From Phycisphaera mikurensis NBRC 102666 (lineage in GTDB: Bacteria > Planctomycetota > Phycisphaerae > Phycisphaerales > Phycisphaeraceae), in assembly GCF_000284115.1 (NCBI RefSeq), contig NC_017080.1, forward strand, positions 900,001 through 932,000: a stretch of DNA of 32,000 nucleotides, in the 5' to 3' direction. The position numbers and the translations under genes were made by a program. The notes beneath the pieces are model-generated. The model did no database searches and was not told the DNA's origin. It saw nothing but the letters and a program-made list of their open reading frames with translations. Below are positions 15,902-25,800 of the stretch, piece after piece; positions within the stretch are counted from its first letter, which is position 1, and each line of letters starts with the position of its first letter.

Positions 15902-17038
15902 GTGGTGATCTACTTCGCGGGGGGCGGGACGGGGGGGCACGTGTACCCGAACGTCGCGGTGGCGGAGAGGCTCGGGCCGATGCTGGCGGAGCGGGGGAAG
16001 GCCCTGCGTGCGGTCTACGCCGTGAGCGACCGGGCGGTGGACGCGCGGGTCTGCGAGGCGGAGGGGCTGGAGGCGGTGGCGCTGCCGGCGCGTCCCGCGG
16101 CCACGCGGCCGGACCGGGCGTTGCGCTTCGCCGCGGCCTTCCGGCGTGCCCGGGCGGTCGCCGCCCGCCGCGTCGCGGCCGACCGGCCGGCGGCGCTGCT
16201 GGCCACCGGGGGCTTCGTGAGCGGCCCGGCAGTCGCGGCCGCCCGCCGGGCCGGCGTGCCGACCGCGCTGATCACCCTCGACGCCGTCGCCGGCCGCGCC
16301 GCGCGCTGGCTCGCCCGCGGCTGCGACGCCCGCTTCCTGGCCGTCGCGGGCGCGGGCCTGCCCGAGGCGAAGACCGTCGGCTACCCGCTGCGGTCCGCCT
16401 CGCTGGCCGCCGGCCGCGACCCGGGCGAAGCCCGCGCCGGCTACGGCTTGAACCCGCGACACCCCACGCTGCTCGTCTTCGCCGGCTCGTCGGGCGCCGA
16501 GACGATCAACCGCGGATCGCCGGCCTTCTTCGCCGATCGGGCCCGCGATCCGCGGCTCCGCGGCTGGCAGGTCCTCCACCTCACCGGCGGGAAGCTCCTG
16601 GCGGAAACCCGCGCCGCCTACGCGGCCGCCGGCGTCGCCGCCGCGGTCCGCGGCTACGAGCCCGCCATGGGCCGCGCCTGGGCCGCCGCCGACCTCGCCC
16701 TGACCCGCTGCGGGGCCGGCGGCGTCGCCGAGGCCCGGGCCAACGCGGTGCCCTGCGTCTTCCTGCCCTACCCCTGGCACCGCGACGGGCACCAGGAACG
16801 CAACGCCGGACCCCTGGTCGCGGCCGGCGGCGCCGTCGTCACCCCCGACCGCGTCGCCCCCGCCGCCAACGCCGCCTCCCTGGGCGACACCCTCCTCCCG
16901 CTGCTCGAGAACCCCGCCCGCCGCGCCGCCATGCGGGCCGCCCTCCGCGCCATGCCCGCCACCGACGCCGCCACCGCCCTCGCCGCGTGGCTCCTGGGCC
17001 GAGCCGGGGGAGGGCCGCCCGCCGACGGGCGCGGCTGA
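15902..17038 (+). CDS. murG: MurG-like UDP-N-acetylglucosamine transferase; GTG start 15902 or 15905
   Basis: VIYFAGGGTGGHVYPNVAVAERL, LLVFAGSSGAETIN, LTRCGAGGVAEARANAVPCVFLPYPWHRDGHQERNA. Immediately follows ftsW. Confidence 0.88.
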   Translation: MVIYFAGGGTGGHVYPNVAVAERLGPMLAERGKALRAVYAVSDRAVDARVCEAEGLEAVALPARPAATRPDRALRFAAAFRRARAVAARRVAADRPAALLATGGFVSGPAVAAARRAGVPTALITLDAVAGRAARWLARGCDARFLAVAGAGLPEAKTVGYPLRSASLAAGRDPGEARAGYGLNPRHPTLLVFAGSSGAETINRGSPAFFADRARDPRLRGWQVLHLTGGKLLAETRAAYAAAGVAAAVRGYEPAMGRAWAAADLALTRCGAGGVAEARANAVPCVFLPYPWHRDGHQERNAGPLVAAGGAVVTPDRVAPAANAASLGDTLLPLLENPARRAAMRAALRAMPATDAATALAAWLLGRAGGGPPADGRG

Positions 17039-17077
17039 GCACCGCTCCGCCCGCCGCGCCGGGATCCCTCGGCGCGG

Positions 17078-19333
17078 TCAGGCACCGCCCGGATCTCGAT
17101 CGACGCCGGGCGGATCGGCGGGCTCGGACAGCCACAGCCAGCTGGTCACCCCCCGCGGGTAGTAGCGGGACCCGCGGGGCACGCCCTTGAAGCACTGGTC
17201 GCTCCACGCCCACCACGAGGCCTCGGGGTGCGTCAGCCACCGCACGTGGCTCGCGTCCGCCGCCGCGGCGGCGTCCCCGCGCGGGATGCCGAGCAGGCCG
17301 TGGAACACGTGCTGGTTCAGGTAGATCTTCGAGAGCCACGAGTTGGTCGTCGTCGAGGAGAGCTTCCAGGCCCCCGCGTGGGGACCCTCGCCGAAGACGC
17401 ACCTCCCCGGCACCACCGCGGCCTCGGCGTGCCGCTTGAGCGCCGCGATGAGCCCCGCGTAGAGGCCGTCCTCGGCGAGCGCCTCCGCCTGCCCGCAGCG
17501 CGGCGGGAAGACCAGCCCCTCGATCGTCGGGATGATCGGGTCGTCGTGGCCCTCGAAGAGGATCGACGGCAGCGTCCCGCCCGGCAGCTCCGCCGAGGCG
17601 ATCGTCTGCGCCGCCCTGCCGGCCGACGCCCGGCTCCGCCGGGCCCGCTCGCCGTCGCCGAGCGTGTCGAACAGCCCGGCGAGCACCACCCAGCTCGCCC
17701 AGGTCTTCACCGCCATGTAGCTGTTGTTCCGCGTCTGTCCCAGCGACGCGTCGAGGCTGTCGTACGTGGTGATCTCCGCACCCAGCGGACCGCAGCGTGA
17801 CGAGTCCGAACCGATGACGCCGTTGCGTCGCGCCGGGTCGTGGTGGTCGCGGTTCTCCAGCGAGACCAGGCAGTCCTCGAAGGTCTCCCGCCGCCGCCGC
17901 ACCCACGCGGCGTCGCCGGTTGCGTGGGCGTAGACCGCGGCGCAGCAGACGAAGTTGGTCAGCTGCTCCGCGGTCATGTGGCTGAAGCACCCGCGCAGGT
18001 CGCCGAACTCGTAGCAGCTCTTGCCCGCCGGCGTGAAGTGGTTGGTCGTGCCGTGGTCGTGCGTGAAGGACAGCCCGCCGGGGAACCAGCGGGGGCTCCC
18101 GTCGGCCTCGGTCTCGCCGGGAAACTTCACCTCGTCGCGGTACGCGTAGCGGTCGATGAAGGCGTCCATCACGTTCCGCTGCGTCCAGGGGTGGAAGTCC
18201 AGGGCGAAGAAGATCATGTCCGCCGTTAGGTCGAACGTGTTCATCATCCGGAACTCGCCCTCGTTCACCACCCACCGCGGCGAGCGGCCCTCGCGGCGGC
18301 CGGGCAGCAGCGACGCGGGGTGCCGCGGATCGACGTCGTCGAGCAGCTGCGTGCTGCCGTAGTACGAGTGCACCGCGTGGCACAGCTGCCAGCGCCGGTC
18401 CTCGCTCAGGCCCGCCGCGTCCACCCGCGCGTCCAGCGCCTCCGCCCCCGCGATCGCGGCGTCCGCGGTCGCCAGCGCGTGGTCGCACACCCCGCCGAGA
18501 TCCCCGAAGAAGCGCGTGTAGAAGTACGCCGTCTCCAGCCCGCTGGTGGCCCGCCCCTCCCGGAAGAACGCGACCGCGTACCGCACCGTCGCCGTCTCGC
18601 CCGCGGGCACCGCCGTGGTGATCAGCCCCATCGGGCCGATGAAGTGCTCCGGGTTGCCCGGCCGGACCGGGCGGAGCAGCGCTTCGGGGTCGAAGGCCTG
18701 CCCCAGCTCGGTGCCCGGCTGGTCCGCCGACACCGCGATCGCCTTGATCCGTCCCTGGGCGATCGCCCGGCACCTCGGGGTGCGGAAGCTCCGCATCGCC
18801 GAATACGGGTCGTTGCCGCCGAAGCCGAAGAACGCCTTCCGCTCGCGGTCGCAGCCGGTGTTGTCCAGCGTCAGCTCCGCGATCACCGCCGGGCACGTGA
18901 GCCGCTTGAGCTCCGCCTCGTCGGTCGCGGGATCCTCGGGATCGGGCACCGGCTCGCCCGCCGAGATCACGCGAAAGGTCAGGTCGCCCGCTTGCCAGGT
19001 GTCCGTCGCCGCGCCGAGCCGCCGGCGGATCGCGTCCTCGGGGAAGTGCTCGGTCGTCACCCCCGCGATGCGGCCGAAGAAGTGGTCTTCCATCTTCGGT
19101 TCCTCCTCGTCGCCGGAGGTGAACGCCTCGGCCGCCTCGCTCGTGGGCGGGTCGAAGAACGGCAGCGCCAGGAAGCGGTTGGGGTCCTCCGCCGACTCGC
19201 ACCCCACGAACACCGGCTCGTCCGCCGGCTTGCCCTGCTCGAGCCCCAGGCCGCCGCGCGAGCCCCGGAAGCCGAGGGTGAAGCTGGCGAAGGCGCCGAA
19301 GGGGCTGTGCTGCGCGTTGTAGAAGATGTTCAT
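17078..19333 (-). CDS. Glycoside hydrolase family 52, beta-xylosidase-like
   Basis: MNIFYNAQHSPFGAFASFTLGFRGSRGGLGLEQGKP at the N-terminus, RWVVNEGEFRMMNTFDLTADMIFFAL and EITTYDSLDASLGQTRNNSYM closely match remembered Geobacillus GH52 beta-xylosidases. Confidence 0.88.
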   Translation of the reverse strand: MNIFYNAQHSPFGAFASFTLGFRGSRGGLGLEQGKPADEPVFVGCESAEDPNRFLALPFFDPPTSEAAEAFTSGDEEEPKMEDHFFGRIAGVTTEHFPEDAIRRRLGAATDTWQAGDLTFRVISAGEPVPDPEDPATDEAELKRLTCPAVIAELTLDNTGCDRERKAFFGFGGNDPYSAMRSFRTPRCRAIAQGRIKAIAVSADQPGTELGQAFDPEALLRPVRPGNPEHFIGPMGLITTAVPAGETATVRYAVAFFREGRATSGLETAYFYTRFFGDLGGVCDHALATADAAIAGAEALDARVDAAGLSEDRRWQLCHAVHSYYGSTQLLDDVDPRHPASLLPGRREGRSPRWVVNEGEFRMMNTFDLTADMIFFALDFHPWTQRNVMDAFIDRYAYRDEVKFPGETEADGSPRWFPGGLSFTHDHGTTNHFTPAGKSCYEFGDLRGCFSHMTAEQLTNFVCCAAVYAHATGDAAWVRRRRETFEDCLVSLENRDHHDPARRNGVIGSDSSRCGPLGAEITTYDSLDASLGQTRNNSYMAVKTWASWVVLAGLFDTLGDGERARRSRASAGRAAQTIASAELPGGTLPSILFEGHDDPIIPTIEGLVFPPRCGQAEALAEDGLYAGLIAALKRHAEAAVVPGRCVFGEGPHAGAWKLSSTTTNSWLSKIYLNQHVFHGLLGIPRGDAAAAADASHVRWLTHPEASWWAWSDQCFKGVPRGSRYYPRGVTSWLWLSEPADPPGVDRDPGGA

Positions 19334-19359
19334 CGGTGACGAAGCTAGGAAAACCCAGA

Positions 19360-19524
19360 AGCGTGCCGCTCAACGTGCCCGAGACGCTCCGCAGGTCGGG
19401 TGCTCGTCCCCGGAGCCGCTGGCGGCGTCGGAAGCCTCGGCACACGGCGAGTGCCGGGCACGCTGCGCTCCGCGCGTCGGGCTCTTTCGCCCTGGAACGC
19501 TTTGCGCGTCCTGGCACGCTGCGC
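19360..19524. repeat. Iteron-like GGCACGCT repeats upstream of recC
   Basis: CCGGGCACGCTGCGC at 19454-19468, CCTGGCACGCTGCGC at 19510-19524, a degenerate copy CCTGGAACGCTTTGCGC at 19491-19507, and inverted core AGCGTGCC at 19360-19367. Confidence 0.4.
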
Positions 19525-19542
19525 CCGGCGTAGCTTCTGCCC

Positions 19543-22500
19543 GTGCCCGTCCGCCTCTTCGAGTCCGACCGCTTCGAGCCGCTCTGGACGCGGTTCCTCG
19601 AGGCGACGGACCCGCGGACGGCGGCGAATCCGCTGCGGCCCGAGGAGGTGGTGGTGCCCGGGGGCGGGTGGGAGGCGTGGCTGACGCGGCGGCTCGCCAG
19701 GGAGCGCGGGGCCGCGGTGCGGCCGCGGTGCTCGGCACTGGCGGCGTTGCTCCTGGGGGTGCAGCGGCGGGCGGGGGCGGCGGATCGCGACGGCCGGACC
19801 TTCTTCGACGTGGATGGGTGGACGCTGCGGCTGGCGGCGGCGCTGCGGGAGGAGCGGGCGGACGGCCCGCCCGCGCGCTGGCTCGCGGCGGGCGTCGGAG
19901 ACGAGGACGCGCTGGAGCGGCGGGTGCAGCTGGGCCGGCGGCTGGCGGTGCTGCTGGACGGGTACCTGCTGACGCGGCCGGAGCTGGTGGAGGCGATGGC
20001 GGCGGAGCCGGAGTCGCTTCCCGAAGAGATGAACGGGCGGTTCGCCGACGCCTTCGCCTGGCAGGCGCGGCTGTTCGGCCCGCTGCTGCGCGAGAGCGGG
20101 ATCGGGCCGGCGGGGCCGGCCTACGAGGCCCTCGCGGAGGAGCTGGCGACGGGGGAGGGCCACCACCCGGCGGTGCCGGCGCGGGTGGCGGTGTGGGTGA
20201 GCGGGGCGGTCGCGCCGGCGCAGCTCCGCGGGCTGGAGATGCTCGATGCCGCGGGGTGCGCGGTGACGGTGCTCGTGCTCGCGGCTTCGGAGACGTACCT
20301 GGCCGACCTGCTCCCGGCGTCGTGGTTCGGAGACGAGGAGGCGGCGGAGCTGGACGACCCGGACCTGCACCGCGAGCTGCCGCACCCGCTGCTGGCGGCG
20401 TGGGGGCAGCTCACGCGCGACCGGCAGAAGCTGCTGCTGGAGGAAACGGCGGGGGAGCGCTGGCAGCCCCAGGAGGTGGAGCCGGCGCGGGAGGCGGCCG
20501 AGCCCGCGGACCGCGGGCTCTTGGGGGCTCTGCAGGCGACGATCCGCGGCGCGAGGCCGCCGGAGCCCGGAATGGCCGACGCCGACGGATCGGTCGTCGT
20601 CCACGGCGCCGGCGGGCTGCGGCGGCAGGCGGAGGTGCTCCGCGAGCGGCTGCTGGTGGCCTTCGACGAGCTGCCGGGCCTGCGGCCCGAGGACGTGCTG
20701 GTGCTGTGCCCCGACCCGGAGGCCTTCGCGCCGCACGTGGAGGCGGTGTTCGAGCGACCGGTGCCCGGGCAGGCCCAGCCGCTGACGGTGCACCTCTCCG
20801 GCCGATCGCCGCGGCGCGAGCGGCCGGGCGTGTCGGCGTTCTTCCGCCTGCTGGGCGTGCTCGGCGGGCGGGCGGAGGCACCCGAGGTGCTCGGGCTGGT
20901 CGCCGATCCCGCCTTCGCCACGCCGGGCATGCCCGATGCGGCGGGAGCGGCAGCTCTCGGCGCCGACGTCGGCGCGGCGGGGATCCGCTTCGGCTTCGAC
21001 GCCGCCGACCGGGCGGCGGAGGGCCGGCCGGCGGACGCGACGCACACCTGGGAGGCGGGGCTGGACCGGCTGACGCTGGGCACGCTGCTGCCGCCGCCGG
21101 AGGGCGGGCGGCTGGGCGAGCCCGTCGGCTCGGTGGTCACGCTGGACCGGGCGGAGCGGGCGGAGACGCTGGGGGCGCTCGCCGGCTTCGTCGGGCGGCT
21201 GCACGCGGCGTGCGCCGAGGCCGACGAGCCGGCGGACGCACGCGCGTGGTCGGCGCGGGCGGTCGCCTGGTCCGAGGGCTTCCTCGCCGAGGGCTTCGAC
21301 GACTTCGGCCGCGCCCAGGTGCGCGAGGCCGCGGAGTCGCTGGCGGAGGACGCCGAGGCGGCGGGGCTCGCCGAGGACCTGCCGCTCTCGGTCTGGTCGG
21401 CCGAGCTGGGCCGGCGGCTGGACGGCGTCGCCGGCGGCGGCCGCTTCCGCACCGGCGGTGTGACGGTGTGCGAGCCGGCGGCGGCGGCGTGGCTCCCGCA
21501 CCGGGTGGTCGCGTGGCTGGGCCTCTCCGACGGCAGCTTCCCGCGGCGGACGCCCGAGGCATCCTTCGACCTCGCCGCCGCCGAGCACCGGCCCGGCGAC
21601 CGGCCCGCGGCGGCGGTCGATCGTTCGCTGCTGCTGGGCTCGCTGATGGCCGCCGGCGACCGCTTCCTGGTCGTCTTCGAGGACCGCGACACGCACGGCG
21701 ACCCCCGCGCCCCCGCGGCGGTGGTGGTCGAGCTGCTGGAGGTGCTGCGGACGCTCGTCGGCGAGGAGCACGCCGACGCGGTGTCCCCGGTCCACCACCC
21801 GATGCACGCCTTCAGCCCCGACGCCTTCGACGCGGCCGAGCCCGGACGGCAGGGCGTGGAGCCGGAGATGCTCGCCGCGGCGGAGGCGCTGGTGGCGGGC
21901 CGCCGCGGCGACGCTCCGGCGGTGGCGGCTTCGGGCGATGCGGCGGCCGGGGTGGAACCCGTGACGGAGGTGCCGCTCCGCGATCTCGAAGACCTGATGT
22001 GCCGCGCCTGGATCCTCCGCCTCCGCGCCCTCGGCGTCGGCGCCGACTTCGCCGACGCCGTGCCCGAGGCCGAGGACCCGCAGGAGCTCGACGCCCTCGA
22101 AGACTGGCAGCTCCGCGAAGCGCTGCTCGCGCACGGGCTCGGCGGTGTCGGCGCGGAGGAGGCCCGCCGCCGCCTCGCCGCCGCCGGTCGCACGCCCGCG
22201 GGCGCGATGGGCGACCGGGTGCTCGGCCGCCTCGCGGCGGAGGCCGAAGCCGTCGCCGCGGCGGTGGAGCGGGCGGCCGGAGCCGGTGGGCTGGCGAGCT
22301 TCGCACCGCTGACCATCGAGGCGGAGGTCGACGACGTCCGCGTGGCCGGCCGGGTGGAGCGGGTGCGGCCCGGGCTCCACCTGCACGCGACCAGCAGCCG
22401 GCTGAAGGCGAAGCGGCGGGCGGCGGCGTGGGTGCGGCACGTCGTGCTCGCGGCCGCGGGCGAGGGCCGCCGCGGCGTGGTCGTGGGCCGGCCCGAGGCC

Positions 22501-22881
22501 GGGCCGGGCGTGCAGACGCTCGACCTCGCCCCGCTCCGGCCGGGCGAGGCGTGGGAGCACCTCGGCGTGATGCTCCGCTGGCTCGAACGCGCGCGGCGCG
22601 AGCCGCTGCCCTGCGACGCCGACGTCGCGGCGGCGTTCCCCAAGGACGACGAGCCGCGTCCGTCGGACATCGAGGCGGCGCTGGCGAGGTTCCACGAGGC
22701 GCCGGGTTCGGGGCAGCCGGCGGCGGCCGACGGCCCGGACGTGAAGCTGGCTTTCGGCGACGCCGACCCGATGCGGCTGGAGGACGCCGAGCTCGGCAAC
22801 CTGCAGGCGGCGATGGCACGGGACCTGTGGGGCCCGCTGGAGGCGTGCCTCCGCGGCGCGGCGGAGGGCGCGTCGTCTTGA
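19543..22881 (+). CDS. recC: Exodeoxyribonuclease V gamma subunit, RecC
   Basis: RecC-like N-terminus (PLWTRFLEATDPRTAANPLRPEEVVVPGGGWEAWLTRRLA), VVHGAGGLRRQAEVLRERLLVAFDELPGLRPEDVLVLCPDPEAFAPHVEAVF. Adjacent to recB and recD. Confidence 0.9.
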   Translation: MPVRLFESDRFEPLWTRFLEATDPRTAANPLRPEEVVVPGGGWEAWLTRRLARERGAAVRPRCSALAALLLGVQRRAGAADRDGRTFFDVDGWTLRLAAALREERADGPPARWLAAGVGDEDALERRVQLGRRLAVLLDGYLLTRPELVEAMAAEPESLPEEMNGRFADAFAWQARLFGPLLRESGIGPAGPAYEALAEELATGEGHHPAVPARVAVWVSGAVAPAQLRGLEMLDAAGCAVTVLVLAASETYLADLLPASWFGDEEAAELDDPDLHRELPHPLLAAWGQLTRDRQKLLLEETAGERWQPQEVEPAREAAEPADRGLLGALQATIRGARPPEPGMADADGSVVVHGAGGLRRQAEVLRERLLVAFDELPGLRPEDVLVLCPDPEAFAPHVEAVFERPVPGQAQPLTVHLSGRSPRRERPGVSAFFRLLGVLGGRAEAPEVLGLVADPAFATPGMPDAAGAAALGADVGAAGIRFGFDAADRAAEGRPADATHTWEAGLDRLTLGTLLPPPEGGRLGEPVGSVVTLDRAERAETLGALAGFVGRLHAACAEADEPADARAWSARAVAWSEGFLAEGFDDFGRAQVREAAESLAEDAEAAGLAEDLPLSVWSAELGRRLDGVAGGGRFRTGGVTVCEPAAAAWLPHRVVAWLGLSDGSFPRRTPEASFDLAAAEHRPGDRPAAAVDRSLLLGSLMAAGDRFLVVFEDRDTHGDPRAPAAVVVELLEVLRTLVGEEHADAVSPVHHPMHAFSPDAFDAAEPGRQGVEPEMLAAAEALVAGRRGDAPAVAASGDAAAGVEPVTEVPLRDLEDLMCRAWILRLRALGVGADFADAVPEAEDPQELDALEDWQLREALLAHGLGGVGAEEARRRLAAAGRTPAGAMGDRVLGRLAAEAEAVAAAVERAAGAGGLASFAPLTIEAEVDDVRVAGRVERVRPGLHLHATSSRLKAKRRAAAWVRHVVLAAAGEGRRGVVVGRPEAGPGVQTLDLAPLRPGEAWEHLGVMLRWLERARREPLPCDADVAAAFPKDDEPRPSDIEAALARFHEAPGSGQPAAADGPDVKLAFGDADPMRLEDAELGNLQAAMARDLWGPLEACLRGAAEGASS

Positions 22882-25800
22882 ACCCGCACCCCGAGGCCGC
22901 CGGTGCCGAGTGGCCGCTGTCGATCGCGCTGCCGGGTCGCCACGCCGTGGAGGCCAGCGCCGGCACCGGCAAGACCTTCACCATCGCGACGCTGCACCTG
23001 CGCTTCGTGGTGGAGGCCGGCTTCCCGGTGAACCGCGTGCTGGTCGCCACCTTCACCGAGGCCGCGACGGCGGAGCTGAAGGACCGCCTGCGGAAAAACC
23101 TCGCGCTGGCACGCCGGCTGGTCGGGGCGGCGGCCGCGGAGGGTCCCGCCGAGGAGGTCGCCTTCGCGGTGCTCCGCCGTGCCGGCGCCGCCGGCGACGG
23201 TCTCATCGAGCAGGAAGCGGCGTCGGTCGCCCGCCGCCTCGACCGCGCCCTCTCGGCCTTCGATGCGGCGCCGGTCTTCACGCTGCACGGCTTCTGCCAG
23301 CGGCTGCTCACCGAGCTGGCCTTCGAGTCGGGCGCCCGCTTCGAGGAGGAGGTGCTCACCGACGCCCGCCCGCTGCTCGACGCCGCGGTCGCGGCCTTCG
23401 CCGACGCCGCCTTCGGCGACCCGGCGTCGCCGCTGGCGGACGCGACCCCCGCCAAGGCGAGCGAGTGGGAGCCGATCCGGCTGGCGGCGAAGCTCGCGGT
23501 GGAGCACCCCGAGGCGGTGCTGGAGCCGGGGGTGGACCTCGCCGCCGCGGCGGCGGAAGCGGCCCGCCTCGCCGCTCCCGTCGAGGCGGCTTGGGCCCAG
23601 CGTCGGGACGCGATCGAGCGGGAGCTCCGCACGCTGTCGCCGGGCTTCCACAAGACGCTGTCGGACAAGCTGGAGGACCACCTGGGCACGCTCGCCCGGG
23701 CGATGCGCGAGAAGGCCTGGGCAGCGCTGCCCGGGGCGCTCTGCGAGACGCAGCTGCGTAAGAAGGTGAAGAAGAACCAGGCACCGCCGGCGGACCCGAT
23801 CTACGCCGCGCTGGATGCGCTCCGAAGCTTCGCGCTCTCCCCCGCCGCCGACCTCGCCGTGGCCGCCCGCTCTGCCGCCGCCGGCGAAGCCCGGGCCCGC
23901 GTCGCCGGGCTCAAGCGGGCCGGCGGCCTCATGGGCTTCGACGACATGCTCCAGCGGGTGGCCGCGGCGCTCGCCGATCCCGCCACCGGTCCCGCCCTCG
24001 CGGCGGAGGTCTGCCGCCGCTACCCCGTCGCGATGATCGACGAAGTGCAGGACACCGACCCGCTCCAGCACCGGATCCTCGAGCGGCTCTTCGGCGACGC
24101 GGACGCCGAGGCGCACGCGCCGCACGCTCGCTCCTTCTTCTCCATCGGCGACCCGAAGCAGTCGATCTACCGCTTCCGCGGGGCCGACGTCGGCGGCTTC
24201 GTGACGAGCCGCCAGCGGACGCCCGTCCAGAACCGGCACGGGCTGCGGACCAACCACCGCACCGACGCCCCGCTGGTCGCCGCCGCCCAGGCGGTCTTCT
24301 CCACCGCGGGCGGCGAGCCCTTCGGCGACACCGGGATCTCGCTGCCGGCGATCTCCGCGCGACACGCCAAGCGGGCGGCGCTGACGCCGGCGCTGGACGT
24401 CGCGTGGGTGCGGGTGGGCGGAGACGACGACGGTCCTTTGCCGACGAAGCCCGCGGCCACGCGGAAGGTCGTCCGCTCGCTCGTCGGGGACGTGCTCGCG
24501 CTGCTGAGCGAGGCGCCCGACCTGGGCGGCCGCCCGCTCGGCGCCGGCGACCTCGCGGTGCTCTGCGAGAAGAACAAGCAGCTCGACGCCGTGGCCGCCG
24601 CGCTCGCCGCGGCGGGCGTGCCGGCCGTGCGGCCCTCCGGCGAGAGCGTCTTCAGGAGCCCCGAGGCGGCGATCGCCGTCGACCTCGTCGTCGCGTGGCT
24701 GGATCCCACGGACAAGCCGCGGCTGCGGCGGGCGATGCTCGGCCCGGTGCTCGGGCACGACCCCGAGGCGCTCGACGATCCCGACGCGCTCGCCGCCGCC
24801 GCATCGCTCGCCGCGGCCTGCGGCCGGCGCTGGCGGCGCGCCGGCTTCGCGGCCGCGCTGAACCACGCGATGACCGCCTCGGGCACCGTCCGCCGGCTCG
24901 CGGCCGAGTCCCGCGGCGAGCGCCGGCTGACGAATCTCCTGCACCTCGGCGAGCTGTTGGAGCAGCTCGCCCGCGAGGACGGGCTCGGGCCCGAGGCGCT
25001 CCTGGCCCGGCTGCGGCGGGCGACGGCCCGGCCCGAGGAGGCGGGCACGGCCGAGTCGGCCGAGCTGCGCCTGGAGAGCGACGCGGCGGCGGTGAGGCTG
25101 CTGACGATCCACCGGAGCAAGGGGCTGGAGTTCCCGGTCGTGTTCCTGCCGTTCCTGTGGGACGGCGGCGGCGGGGCGAAGCGGGTGCCGGTGCTGTCGC
25201 GGCCGCGTGCGGGCGAGGACGCGCCGGCCGTCATCGACCTCGGCTCGGAGCGCCTGCCGGAGCGGCACCTCCGCGACGAGGCCGAGCAGCGGGAGGAGAA
25301 GGTCCGCCTCCTGTACGTCGCGCTCACGCGGGCGAAGCACCAGACGCGGCTGCACGTCGCGGCGACGAAGCAGACGGGGCTGACCCCGCTGGGTGGGCTC
25401 GTGTGCGGCGACACGGACCCGAAGACGCTCAAGACCGAGGATGCCTGGCGGTCGCGCCTCGCGTCCTGGTGCGACCGCGTCGCGGCGGAGGCCACCGCCG
25501 ACCTCGCCGTGCAGGGCTTCGACGAGCCGGCCTGGCGGACGATCGAACTCCGAGACACGCAGACGGGTCACGCCGCGCCGTCGCTCTCCGAGGCCAGCCC
25601 CGCCGCCGCGCCGCCGCTGGTCCGCCGCGCCCTGGACCGCTTCCCGCCGCCGGCGCTCCGCTCGTCGAGCTTCTCGTCGCTGACCGCCGGCGGGCACGGC
25701 TCCGCGTCTGCGCCCGAGCCGGTCGACCGCGACGCCGAGCCGGCCGCGGGCGGCGGCGTGCCGACCGAGGCGGAGGAGGAAGGCCCCCTCGACGCCATGC

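Noticed and set aside
19510-19525. CCTGGCACGCTGCGCC as a sigma-54 promoter for recC
   Set aside because: The -24-like TGGCACG is present, but the -12 element at the required spacing lacks the TTGC pattern.
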